DNA of 58,230 nt, from the IMG/VR virus record IMGVR_UViG_3300009034_000044, positions 1 to 58,230 of that record. One strand, written 5' to 3'. The notes under the pieces were generated by a model that did not search any database, had not been told where the DNA came from, and saw nothing but the letters and a program-made list of their open reading frames with translations. A program made the translations under genes and the position numbers. This DNA is from a virus (lineage: Duplodnaviria; Caudoviricetes). Positions 18,737 through 28,315 of the stretch are shown piece after piece. Each line of letters begins with the position of its first letter. The first letter of the stretch is position 1.

Positions 18737-18970
18737 TTATTCCTCTGATGTTGGTTCAGCAGCCTCACCAAATGCTATACCATATTCATCGTCAGGAGTT
18801 TCTATTTCTCCTAATGCTTCTCTAATAATTTTAATAGCATCGTCTTCAGTTTCAGCAGTATATTTCAACTCTGGTTTATATATCTCATGACCTTCTTCAT
18901 CCTTCTTAGGTTTACAAGGTACTTCAACTATATAAGTTCCATCACTTGCTTTTTCTACGCTAATTCTCAT
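18737..18970 (-). CDS. Small acidic protein
   Basis: GGAGG SD; HicB-N-like pattern (ISVEK..DGTYIVEVP...AETEDDAI). Confidence 0.55.
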   Translation of the reverse strand: MRISVEKASDGTYIVEVPCKPKKDEEGHEIYKPELKYTAETEDDAIKIIREALGEIETPDDEYGIAFGEAAEPTSEE

Positions 18971-18998
18971 TTATGCCTCCATGTTCTATATTATACTA

Positions 18999-20420
18999 TT
19001 AATCTGTTTGTATCGTTTTTACTGAACTACCATTATAATATTTAAAAACATGAGCAGCAGAATCATACCAAAAATCACCTTCAGTTGAAGAATCATTATC
19101 CATAGCTGCAAGTGGAAATCTTATGTGTGCATGAGATGCTTTGGCTATAAAATTACCCATATCAATAATTGCGGTAACAGCTTCACGATTAGAAGCCCAG
19201 TTTGTTGATTTAAAATCTAACAATGCATCTGCTTTTGCAAAAGAACCCATAAATTCTTCAGTTTCTATTCTACAACCTACATATAAAGTACCAGGGACAA
19301 CAGCAGTTTTTACTCTAATCTGACCTCCTATTATACTGCCAATAGAAGTTGGAGTACCTTCAGAACATGCTTCAAAAAATGCACCCCTTATCGTAAGAAC
19401 TGTAGTAGCATCTTTTGCGATAGCTTCAGATTGGACACCTGTACAAGTTCCACCATATAAATTTGCAAACGAAATTCCCTGAAAAAATCCACCCCTTGCT
19501 TCTCCTGTAACTGCTCCTACTGCTTTATGTTCTGCCCTTCCTCTGATAGCTATTAATTCACCAGTTGTTTTTGCAGATTTTGCGATTACATAACATGCTT
19601 CCTTCACATTAGCAGCATAATCAATAACCATATATAATTGCCTATCGGCAGATGTAGGTGTAACCTGTATATCAATCGCCCTGGTTGTTCCAGCATTATC
19701 AAATTTAATTCCAGTTGCCACAGGAGCATCAAAGTGAACTCCAGTTGTAATTATACCTGTAGTATTAAAATATAAACCAACGGTAAACGATGTTTCGGCA
19801 GCACCCCAAGTTGTATCCTTTACTTTAATAGCAGCACCAGATAAAACTCCACTACCAAATTTTTCAGATTCAACAAGTAATGGAATAAAATCAGTTCCAG
19901 GTGCTACAGAACTTTTAATCCTAACATGTAATCCATACATATTAGTAATGCTTGTAGGTGTACCCTCTGAATCACAAGCAACCATCGCACCACGAATGGT
20001 AGTAACGGTACTTGTATCTTTGGCTATAGCTTCTGCATAGAGAGCATTTACAGTACCAGCGTATAAAGCTGCATATGCGATTCCTTGTGCGTGTACGCCA
20101 CGAATTTCAGCAGTAGATGCACCAGCAGCTTTAGCTTGTCCCCTTGCTCTGAGTGCAGTAGTATCTCCGCTTGTTTTTGCTGAACTTGATATAATATATG
20201 CAGCTTCCTTATTATTAGTCCCATAATCAATATCCATGTATAATTGCCTATCAGCAATATTGGGTGTAACTTGAATATCTATAGCTCTTTGAGTTATGGC
20301 ATTTGTCACTTTAAAAGCATTTGCATTAGCTCCAAAGTTTAAAACGCCATTTACAGTCGCTATTTTATTTAGCTTATCTATGCTAAATAATTCTACTAAA
20401 CCTTTTAATCTATTAAGCAT
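18999..20420 (-). CDS. Fibre/spike-like virion protein with a ~200-aa internal duplication
   Basis: RAIDIQVTP..ADRQLYM.IDY unit occurs twice; C-terminal EGDFWYDSAAHVFKYYNGS fibre motif. Confidence 0.6.
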   Translation of the reverse strand: MLNRLKGLVELFSIDKLNKIATVNGVLNFGANANAFKVTNAITQRAIDIQVTPNIADRQLYMDIDYGTNNKEAAYIISSSAKTSGDTTALRARGQAKAAGASTAEIRGVHAQGIAYAALYAGTVNALYAEAIAKDTSTVTTIRGAMVACDSEGTPTSITNMYGLHVRIKSSVAPGTDFIPLLVESEKFGSGVLSGAAIKVKDTTWGAAETSFTVGLYFNTTGIITTGVHFDAPVATGIKFDNAGTTRAIDIQVTPTSADRQLYMVIDYAANVKEACYVIAKSAKTTGELIAIRGRAEHKAVGAVTGEARGGFFQGISFANLYGGTCTGVQSEAIAKDATTVLTIRGAFFEACSEGTPTSIGSIIGGQIRVKTAVVPGTLYVGCRIETEEFMGSFAKADALLDFKSTNWASNREAVTAIIDMGNFIAKASHAHIRFPLAAMDNDSSTEGDFWYDSAAHVFKYYNGSSVKTIQTD

Positions 20421-20442
20421 TTTTTATTTCCTCCTTTAAATT

Positions 20443-21426
20443 TTAAAAACCAAAAGCTCTTGGTCTCATTCTTGAATTTGGTATATGCCTTCTTCTATTC
20501 ATTTCTGTTTTAGCGGAAGGTCTTTCTCCAAATTTCTTTGTAAAAGTTTGGTCAAACAAAACAGCTTTAGTTAAATCCATAGTTTCTGCATCCTGTTTCC
20601 TGTAAGCCAGATGCAGTATCCAATCCACCAAATCAGCATGATATACTGCTGGTATTTCTGGAGATAAAGCTGTATCACCTACAGCAAGTTCTATTTTAGG
20701 TAATCGCTGCACTACCATCCATAAAACATCACTTGTATCTGGTGGAGCTATTAATTTAATAAAGCCATTGTCTTCAATGTAAGAAAAAACATAACCTGAA
20801 GGAAGCGTTTCCCATGAATCATAATACCATAATGAATCAAAATCAACAGTTCCTATGTCGTAGTCAACAATAGTTATGTCTGCATCCAAAGCCCAAAGAG
20901 TTTTTTGTCTTAATGGGTAGTTTAAACTTTCAGGTCTTGCTCTCATTACCATTAAAGTTTTTGGATGCAATTTATAAGTATGAACATCAGCCCTTAACGG
21001 TAGCCTACAAACTGTCCTTGTGGCTTCAATTACTGCACTCACATTTAATTCGTCTTGTAGGGTTTCCAATACAGTAATATCTGTATCTGTAACATTTGAT
21101 ATAGTATAATCGCCATCATTTAAAACAGTTCCAGACACATTTATTGTATCATCTCTTTCAAATGTATTTACTTCTGATTCTATTGACGCAAGAAGAAAAC
21201 CACCAGTAGCTTTTGTTATTTTCTTTGTACTGTTAGCAAAGGAAATATTGCTATTTCCAGTTAACTTTACTTGAGATGGATATGTAACTATAAGGTAGCC
21301 TCTCCTGCAAGCCTCTTTTTGTGCATCATTAAGATAAGCCATAAGCTCTGCATCTGACCACTTATAAGGTTGATTTTCATCATCAAGTTGATATCTTGAT
21401 AATGTTAAAATTTGTGCATTTGTCAT
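20443..21426 (-). CDS. Head-tail adaptor (tubular protein A-like)
   Basis: RYQLDD...WSDAELMAYLNDAQKEACRR N-terminus and PEIPAVYHADLVDW..HLAYRKQDAE C-terminus. Confidence 0.75.
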   Translation of the reverse strand: MTNAQILTLSRYQLDDENQPYKWSDAELMAYLNDAQKEACRRGYLIVTYPSQVKLTGNSNISFANSTKKITKATGGFLLASIESEVNTFERDDTINVSGTVLNDGDYTISNVTDTDITVLETLQDELNVSAVIEATRTVCRLPLRADVHTYKLHPKTLMVMRARPESLNYPLRQKTLWALDADITIVDYDIGTVDFDSLWYYDSWETLPSGYVFSYIEDNGFIKLIAPPDTSDVLWMVVQRLPKIELAVGDTALSPEIPAVYHADLVDWILHLAYRKQDAETMDLTKAVLFDQTFTKKFGERPSAKTEMNRRRHIPNSRMRPRAFGF

Positions 21427-21432
21427 AATTTC

Positions 21433-21789
21433 CTATTTATCAAGAATACGGAAATTAAATCTTGGAACGTCTTTGCGATTTTCCTCTCCAGTTGCAGGAT
21501 TCATGTCTATTTTTGTAACGATAGCAGTTTGTAGTACATGAACAACCGATTCAGGAACGTCTACTGCGATACCCCTCTTAATGGAATAAGGATAACCATT
21601 GACGCTTACAAAAACCCTTCCTTGATTCTCATCCCCTTCTTGTTCTTCAATGATAATTTTTACTTTTTTGGATTTTTCTGGTTTTGGTTCTGCTATTGGG
21701 TTGGGTACATCTTTCTTTTCAGGTTCTTCCTGCTTATCGGCTTTGGGTAAATTAGCAAAAACGTCATGCTCTTTAGATTTGTCTTCCAT
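21433..21789 (-). CDS. Conserved head-operon protein
   Basis: VFVSVNGYPYSIKRG..VDVPESVVHVL motif, typically found after N4-gp56-type capsid genes. Confidence 0.65.
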   Translation of the reverse strand: MEDKSKEHDVFANLPKADKQEEPEKKDVPNPIAEPKPEKSKKVKIIIEEQEGDENQGRVFVSVNGYPYSIKRGIAVDVPESVVHVLQTAIVTKIDMNPATGEENRKDVPRFNFRILDK

Positions 21790-21914
21790 CTAATTCCTCC
21801 TGTTTTTAAGCCATAAGCAGTTACTCATGGCTCGATTTTTTCGATTTAAAAAGCAGGGAGTGTAGTCTATGTAACTCCCCGACCTCCCTTTTTATAGACG
21901 GAGTCTTTTTTATC
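21790..21914 (-). promoter_or_regulatory. Structured leader (hairpin, UCGA-A5-UCGA, hairpin, SD)
   Basis: GGGAGT/ACTCCC stem; TCGAAAAAATCGA; AGCCAT/ATGGCT stem; AGGAGG. Confidence 0.6.
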
Positions 21915-22214
21915 TTACCTAACCGCAACGTAAAAACAGGTTTCCCCATTTCCATTGATACCGTCAGTACCTATTGTAAATCCCTGATAATCAGTATCGT
22001 ATTGAGATATACCATTCGATGTAACCCTGGAAAGTGTGCTGTTATCATCCTTAAGTCCATGTCCAGCAGCCATTCCTTCCCACCATTCCATTGTTGCAGG
22101 ATTTGTAGCATCGAGATTGTATATTTTTATATATCTTGGCTTAAAACCACACCTTACGTTTATAGCTACACCAGTACCTTCAAAAGTACCAACTGCATGA
22201 ATTTCTTGTAGCAT
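21915..22214 (-). CDS. Capsid decoration/cement-like protein
   Basis: GTFEGTG.AINVRCGFKPRYIKIYN motif; downstream of the capsid gene. Confidence 0.55.
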   Translation of the reverse strand: MLQEIHAVGTFEGTGVAINVRCGFKPRYIKIYNLDATNPATMEWWEGMAAGHGLKDDNSTLSRVTSNGISQYDTDYQGFTIGTDGINGNGETCFYVAVR

Positions 22215-22246
22215 TGTTTTCCTCCTATATTAGTCTTAAAAATTTA

Positions 22247-22492
22247 TTACGCATCCAATACTGCTTTAACTGCTACCAATTTGGCATACCTATCAGCACC
22301 TAATATAGCAGCACCCATATCATCAAGATGTCCAAGAATAGTAGAAAGAGTAGATTTTTCAGCAGCAGTAATTGCTTTAACTCCCCTTTCATCAGGGTTA
22401 GTAACGGATGTTTTTAGAAAATTATCAATCTCACTTAACATTAAGTCTACTCCATCCAAAAGCGACTGTTTACAAGTTTCAGCAATAGTCAT
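22247..22492 (-). CDS. Hypothetical helical protein
   Basis: AGGAGG SD; head operon. Confidence 0.6.
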   Translation of the reverse strand: MTIAETCKQSLLDGVDLMLSEIDNFLKTSVTNPDERGVKAITAAEKSTLSTILGHLDDMGAAILGADRYAKLVAVKAVLDA

Positions 22493-22574
22493 TTTTTATT
22501 TCCTCCTGTATTTTGGGGTAGTCTTGGGATTCATAAAATAAACCTTGCACTACCCCAGGATTATATTTTTAATA

Positions 22575-23579
22575 TTATAGTGCTGTTACTGCACATTCAA
22601 GTCTTGCCATCCACGCATCATTAAGAATAAGTGCTGTCTGCATGGTCTTCCAACCAATACTTCCTCTCTGTCCTAAAGGGTCAGACTTAGAAGGTGTTGG
22701 ATTAATAACCGTAGGTGCGATAGCAAATTTACCCTTAAGGGCTATAACACAATAAGCGTTTCTTGCGATATAAAGAACTGGATAAACATCAGCACTTACA
22801 CCAGTTGTAGAAACCATTGCTACACCACTACCAGCATATGCTCCACCAGTATCAGCCCAAGGCTCAAAAATCTGAGTTAATAGATACCTACAATTTTCAA
22901 CTGCTCCAACTTCCATCTCATAAGGAGTTACCTGACCATAATCTTTTACATCTATAAATCCAGGTATTGCTCTAATATCAGATTCCATATCGGTATGTGC
23001 AATAGCTATATAAGAAGGTAGCACAGCTTCAGTATTGAAGTTCGGAGTTGACCTAACAATCTGTGTTATTTGCATAGCATATTGTTTCTTAAATGCCCTT
23101 GTAATAGCTCTTTGCTTTGCAAGGGATATGGGTACATTAACATGACTTCTCTGAGTACCATTAGCCCAAAATACGTTAGTTCCAGCTTTTATATAACCAA
23201 ACCTAACAGTTTCGATTGTCATAGCAGCCTGTTCACCAAGTAAACCAGTGAACTCTTTAAGAACAGGGTCTTCATGAGTATCAGCTACTATATCGGTAAT
23301 CTCAATAATACTACCATACTGTTTAAGAATAGCAGTAATATCTACATAATTAGGCTTGATGCTTGTAGGGGTTACACCCTCAACAAGCGGAGTTGTTGCC
23401 AATGGAAGATGCTCGTACCTACGAAACTTCATTGACTGTGTTTTATGCATAGGTAATTCCTTAGCTTGTCCGAATTTCTCGATAACAAGATAAGGCATAC
23501 CACGTTTTAAAAGTTCAACCACTACATATGCAGCAGTTCTTGGAGAAATATCTCCGTATAGGGTTACTGTTCCTGCCAT
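22575..23579 (-). CDS. Major capsid protein, N4-gp56 family
   Basis: YGDISPRTAAY, KFGQ, KFRRY, PLVEGVTP, LKQYG, DTHEDPVL, SDPLGQRG.IGWK, ILNDAWMARLE motifs. Confidence 0.92.
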   Translation of the reverse strand: MAGTVTLYGDISPRTAAYVVVELLKRGMPYLVIEKFGQAKELPMHKTQSMKFRRYEHLPLATTPLVEGVTPTSIKPNYVDITAILKQYGSIIEITDIVADTHEDPVLKEFTGLLGEQAAMTIETVRFGYIKAGTNVFWANGTQRSHVNVPISLAKQRAITRAFKKQYAMQITQIVRSTPNFNTEAVLPSYIAIAHTDMESDIRAIPGFIDVKDYGQVTPYEMEVGAVENCRYLLTQIFEPWADTGGAYAGSGVAMVSTTGVSADVYPVLYIARNAYCVIALKGKFAIAPTVINPTPSKSDPLGQRGSIGWKTMQTALILNDAWMARLECAVTAL

Positions 23580-23595
23580 AGTATTTGCCTCCTAT

Positions 23596-24546
23596 TTATT
23601 TACCAGGCTTAACTGCTTCCTCAAATGCAGATTCATAATCTTCAGCTTTTTTAACATCGCCTCCGATTGCTCTTTTCTTCGATTTAACAGTTTCCATTTC
23701 TTTTAATTTTCTTTCTTTTTCCAATCTTGCTTTCTCTTTTGTCTCGTCTTTGTCTTTATTGTCTTCATCAACTTCTTCTGTATTTGGTTTAATTCCTTTA
23801 GCAGCCTTAAAATCAGTAATTAAATCCACAACTTCCTCAACTTCACCTTCTTCAATTATTTCTTTGTAAGTTTTTTTCTTTGCAGGAGATAGGGTTTCTA
23901 CCCAATCTAAAATATCCTTTTTCTGATATTCCTTACCATAATCAGGATGTGATTCCATAATTGCACCTTGATGTGCTTTTGTATCTTCTGTAAGTTTCTC
24001 CTGTATTAAACTATTAACTGCCTTTATGGGTAAATCGTAAGTATCAGCTATTTCCTTAACTAAATCCTCTCTGAACTTCTTTAATTCTCTTGCCCTGATT
24101 TTGGCTTCATTTTTATGTATATAGTCATATTCTTCTTTATACTTATCTAATTCAGGGTCAGGCTGCTCCTCCTCTGGTTTAGGTGTAGAATCTACCTCTT
24201 TGTCCTTTTCATCTACAGGTTTTTCCTTCTCTTTTAGTTTTTTCTCTAAATCTCTCTTGTCTGTTTCTGATTTGTCATACATTCCCTGTAGGCTTTTGTA
24301 CTTTTGGACAACTTCTTCGTAAGTGTCTTCCTTTGTGTCGTCAGTGTCTTTGTCTTTATCCTTATCTTCAGTCTCATCTTTAGTATCACTTTCAGGCTTA
24401 TCACTTACGTCTTCTTCACCGACCTTTGGTTTAGCATCCTTATTAGGGTCGGGAGTCTCGGTGTCTTTACCACCATCTCCTTCACCCGATGCTATGTTAT
24501 CAAAAATTTCCTCAAAAGTTACGTCTTTTTCGTCTTTTTCTGACAT
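23596..24546 (-). CDS. Capsid scaffolding protein
   Basis: Very acidic coiled-coil protein directly upstream of the capsid gene; KYKSLQGM, HPDY, DYESAFEEA. Confidence 0.75.
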   Translation of the reverse strand: MSEKDEKDVTFEEIFDNIASGEGDGGKDTETPDPNKDAKPKVGEEDVSDKPESDTKDETEDKDKDKDTDDTKEDTYEEVVQKYKSLQGMYDKSETDKRDLEKKLKEKEKPVDEKDKEVDSTPKPEEEQPDPELDKYKEEYDYIHKNEAKIRARELKKFREDLVKEIADTYDLPIKAVNSLIQEKLTEDTKAHQGAIMESHPDYGKEYQKKDILDWVETLSPAKKKTYKEIIEEGEVEEVVDLITDFKAAKGIKPNTEEVDEDNKDKDETKEKARLEKERKLKEMETVKSKKRAIGGDVKKAEDYESAFEEAVKPGK

Positions 24547-24699
24547 TTCTCCTCCAAAAATAAAGGACTATAAGTTTAGGGAGCAATCTCCCTTCTTATA
24601 GTCCCGATTTTTTCGGTAACTAAAATGGGAGTAGGGGTTTTAATGCCTACCCCTCTCCAAACCTACTTCCGTACCCCAAAAACGTTGCCCTGCACTATT
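24547..24699 (-). promoter_or_regulatory. Structured leader (hairpin, CCGA-A5-UCGG, terminator-like hairpin, SD)
   Basis: AGGGGT/ACCCCT stem; CCGAAAAAATCGG; GGACTATAAG/CTTATAGTCC stem plus TTTATTTTT; GGAGG. Confidence 0.65.
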
Positions 24700-24888
24700 T
24701 CATGCATCACTGACAACATCCTCTTTCGTGCCTCCCCTCCGTTTAGGGTCTCTTAATATCGTTTCTTCTTTTTTAATATAAGTAATTTTACCGTTTTGAA
24801 AGACCAGATTAACCTTCCCAAAGAAATTCTTTGGTTTTATTAATCGTTCCCTAATTAATATATCTCTTATCTCATCTAAGTATAACAT
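24700..24888 (-). CDS. YezD/DUF2292-like small protein
   Basis: FFGKVNLVFQNGKITYIKKEETI resembles the FG.V.I..QDG.V..I.KEE signature. Confidence 0.55.
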   Translation of the reverse strand: MLYLDEIRDILIRERLIKPKNFFGKVNLVFQNGKITYIKKEETILRDPKRRGGTKEDVVSDA

Positions 24889-24917
24889 ATTATAACATAC
24901 TTTCTGATTTTTTACAA
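24889..24917 (-). promoter_or_regulatory. Sigma70-type promoter upstream of the scaffold/capsid genes
   Basis: TTGTAA-17 bp-TATAAT with TG extension. Confidence 0.65.
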
Positions 24918-24918
24918 G

Positions 24919-26901
24919 TTATTCTTTTACTGCCTTAAGGATATCCAAATCAGCATCTTTTAAGGTTTTTTCAGCTTTTGCTTCCATATGTTTAGCCTTA
25001 GCTAAGTCATATATAATTTTGGCTTCAGCAGTAGCTTTAGCTAAAGCCTCAGCGTTAGCATCCCTTTGTGATGCCAAAAATGCCTGGACTTCTTCTTCAG
25101 TTCTAATAAAATCTTTAGGCTTTAAATAAAATACTCTTGCTCTTTCCTTTAAAAATTCACCAGTTTTAACATAAACTCTTTCTTCTGGTGTTAAGGTAGT
25201 AGCAAAATAATTAAGGGCGTGCATTTTAAGTTCATTCAAAACAAGACTCGTAGAACCTTTAGCCTTTATATTAAAATCACCCTTAATATCTTCATTGGGA
25301 TTAAATTCCATATTCCAATTATATAATGCATATATAACTCCTTCATTACATTTGTCGTAAGATTTTATTATATCTCTAATACTAACAGTAGAAGATTGCC
25401 ATTTCAAAGATGCTTCTCCTAATGTTTGCTTTTGAGATTTGTCTGGTTCTGTATGCATCCAAAGTGGAATAGATATTTCTACGTCTCCTAAGTAAAATGC
25501 TTTCTCTAATATTGTAAGTAAATCTGCTATATGAGAATTAAAGGTAACTGGTCTTACTGCTGGTGATTGAGCTTCTGCGAGCCTACCTCCTCTTTTCCAA
25601 ATTCTGTCAGGAGCTACATCTTCAATATCTTCATCGGGAGATAGTAAGTCTGTATTAACTTCCATCATAGCACCAGAAACCTTAGCTGCATTATTTAACG
25701 TAGCTCTCATAGCACCACAAATAGTTAACTGAGTGTCTCTAATTATTTTTGGTAATCCAGTTCCAAATATACTTGTTTCATCCTTATCATAATAAAATAA
25801 AAAATAAGGTAAGTGTTTTACTGGTAAAGTACCATGAGAAATTTTTATAACCTTACTTCCAATTATCCAAATATTTACAAGAAATTCTATATCTAATTGG
25901 TCGTCAGGAATATCCTTGCCAGCTTTTCTTAAATCTTCTCCGTCTATAAATCCCCACCTTTCCAGTATTTCATATTTTCCTATGCGTGTTTCTTGGCTCT
26001 TTGCCTTGTCTATAGTTTCAAGTTGCAGTTCCCAATCTTTATAAGTAGCATTACCCTTTGGATGGTCTTTTATATATTCACGAATAGTATCTGAGAAAAA
26101 ATCTTCTCTTAGGGTCAGTTTCCTTAATTGATGTTTATTTAATATATGCCTTTCCCATACAAAATCACAATCTTCAAGTTCACATGCTGACATATCTGGA
26201 TACCAATCCCAAACTCTAACATTTGCAATATCAGGTAATCTCTTACTAACAATAATTGATTTCCATCCCTCTGTCGTTTCTTCGTAATCACCTTCTTCTA
26301 TTGTTTGTGATAAGACTCCTTTTGCTATTCCAGTTCCAAAACGAACCCCACTTTTTATTATATCTTCTTGTGTTTCGTTATATTTTATTTCAGTTAATTG
26401 GTCTTCAATTTGCTTATCCATCTTTTCGCAACGTGCTTTTGCATATTCATTAATTTTTTCTTCTAATTCTTCTTTTGTAACTTCTTCTGGTTTTACCATA
26501 GTACCAGTAGATTGAGTTTGCATTAATGCTTTTTGTTGTTTTATTGCTGTTAAAGTTTCAACAATTTCTCCTAAAACTGCCTTTGATAAGTTTGGTTTAG
26601 GAGTTGGTTCTATTGCGTAATTTTTATCGTTTTCGGGTAATAGCATAGAATTTAACTTTGAACGTAATATAATTTCCTTAGAACGTGTATATTTAGGATA
26701 AACCCTTGATGCATTTTTAGGTATCTTCAAAAGAACATCAGGGTCATATAGTCCCTTACTTTGTCTTAAGTTTTCCAACCATTCATTTTCCTTATCCTTT
26801 CTCCACTTTTCATTATCATCAAATTCACTTTCATATTTCAATCCTAAAGCTGATATAATCGTTTGAATATCATAACCTAATTCCTTAAATTCCAATTTCA
26901 T
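24919..26901 (-). CDS. Portal protein
   Basis: 660 aa between terminase and scaffold; IEDQL, GTGIAKG, WDWYPD, SIFGTGLP, LYNWNMEF..IKGDF..KAKGS motifs. Confidence 0.85.
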   Translation of the reverse strand: MKLEFKELGYDIQTIISALGLKYESEFDDNEKWRKDKENEWLENLRQSKGLYDPDVLLKIPKNASRVYPKYTRSKEIILRSKLNSMLLPENDKNYAIEPTPKPNLSKAVLGEIVETLTAIKQQKALMQTQSTGTMVKPEEVTKEELEEKINEYAKARCEKMDKQIEDQLTEIKYNETQEDIIKSGVRFGTGIAKGVLSQTIEEGDYEETTEGWKSIIVSKRLPDIANVRVWDWYPDMSACELEDCDFVWERHILNKHQLRKLTLREDFFSDTIREYIKDHPKGNATYKDWELQLETIDKAKSQETRIGKYEILERWGFIDGEDLRKAGKDIPDDQLDIEFLVNIWIIGSKVIKISHGTLPVKHLPYFLFYYDKDETSIFGTGLPKIIRDTQLTICGAMRATLNNAAKVSGAMMEVNTDLLSPDEDIEDVAPDRIWKRGGRLAEAQSPAVRPVTFNSHIADLLTILEKAFYLGDVEISIPLWMHTEPDKSQKQTLGEASLKWQSSTVSIRDIIKSYDKCNEGVIYALYNWNMEFNPNEDIKGDFNIKAKGSTSLVLNELKMHALNYFATTLTPEERVYVKTGEFLKERARVFYLKPKDFIRTEEEVQAFLASQRDANAEALAKATAEAKIIYDLAKAKHMEAKAEKTLKDADLDILKAVKE

Positions 26902-27060
26902 TTACCTCCTTTCTATTTATAATTTTATATAGTATTTTCCCACCAACAATATCCACAATAAAAACATGTATATTGAATTATTTTCAGTCCAGCGATGTTA
27001 AGAATCTTCTCATCTTTCCACCATAATTTATTGGTGCAATGACCACACTTATGATTAATC

Positions 27061-28314
27061 TTACATATCAATTCCGTATTTCCTCCCTTCTGGAATTAAT
27101 TTTTCACATATCTCTCTTAATCCAGATATAGTATATGTAGCTTCTTTTATCTTTATTGACTCTGATATTTTTTCTATTGACTTTATACATTTTTCTATAT
27201 TATTACCGATAGCTATAATACTACATATGCCCATAAAACCAGGTAGAGCATAATACGAATCATTAATCTTACAAGCCATTCTTAATTTTATCCATTTTCT
27301 ATGTTTATTATTAAATCTAATTTCAGTCCAATGTTTTTCAGCCCAATCAGATTCAACAGATATTCCAACACCATAATCTGCTATTGCCTTTAGGTCTATT
27401 AATTTTCCTTCTGCTGCGTGCCACATAAACTCAGAAAGATTATCATACAGTTCAAGTGCAACTGCTGTAGGAACTGGCATGGGACATCTTATTGTAGGGT
27501 CTATTAAATATCCCTTATTGTCTTTAGTAACTATTGCTTCAGTTGAAAAAAATGTTCTACCATTTAATTTTTTCAAAATAGAACTTAATTTATCATTTAT
27601 TTCTTTGAGTGCAGATGGTAATTCATTATATGAAACTACCTTGCCTATATATCCAGTTCCCCTTCTTTCATATCCAACCATAGAAATGTTTGGATATTTT
27701 CCATCAACAACAAATCCATCATATCCAGGTTCTATTCCTTCTATCATGTCCTCAACAACAAATTCCATAGTATCAGCCTTTCCTCCGCAAGCCAACAGCA
27801 ATTCACCCAAATACTGTGCTTCTGTGCTATCATATTCTTCGTGAATGAAGGTTTCTAAGTCTCCACGAAATAAATTTAACTTTACTACTAAGTTCTTTTT
27901 TGATTTTAAATAGTCTATTAAATTTTGGAATCCCTTAATGTGAACGCAATGCTGTAATGGCATCTTTACTTTACTCATTAATTGTTTCATTTTCCATCTA
28001 TTGTTTTCAAGAATCTCTGCCCTTCCAGCACCAAATACTCTATATCCTTTTTGTCTTAAAAACTCTACCTTATCTGAGCAATAAGTATCTGGAAAAACTA
28101 TTAAATCAGCTTTATCAACATTATCCCAAAAACTCGATATTCTTGTTATTCCCTCAAGACCCTCTCCTATTAAAGAAAGGGTTGATTTTGGAAAAGCATT
28201 TTCCCAAGGAACGTAATATAATGTTTTACCAAAATCCCCTGCCAATCTCACAGCAAGCTCTGTCTGAAGACCAAAATCATAAAATAAAACTGTTTTGTTT
28301 TTCAAGGCTATCAT
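27061..28314 (-). CDS. ATP-grasp enzyme, PurD (GARS)-like fold
   Basis: VFGAGRAEILENNRWKMKQLM, LVVKL, FVVEDMIEGIEPG, FFSTE, YLIDPTIR parallel PurD motifs. Confidence 0.7.
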   Translation of the reverse strand: MIALKNKTVLFYDFGLQTELAVRLAGDFGKTLYYVPWENAFPKSTLSLIGEGLEGITRISSFWDNVDKADLIVFPDTYCSDKVEFLRQKGYRVFGAGRAEILENNRWKMKQLMSKVKMPLQHCVHIKGFQNLIDYLKSKKNLVVKLNLFRGDLETFIHEEYDSTEAQYLGELLLACGGKADTMEFVVEDMIEGIEPGYDGFVVDGKYPNISMVGYERRGTGYIGKVVSYNELPSALKEINDKLSSILKKLNGRTFFSTEAIVTKDNKGYLIDPTIRCPMPVPTAVALELYDNLSEFMWHAAEGKLIDLKAIADYGVGISVESDWAEKHWTEIRFNNKHRKWIKLRMACKINDSYYALPGFMGICSIIAIGNNIEKCIKSIEKISESIKIKEATYTISGLREICEKLIPEGRKYGIDM

Positions 28315-28315
28315 T

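Noticed and set aside
27061-28314. PurZ / Z-genome pathway
   Set aside because: The protein has ATP-grasp motifs, not the PurA/PurZ fold, and no phage polymerase is present.
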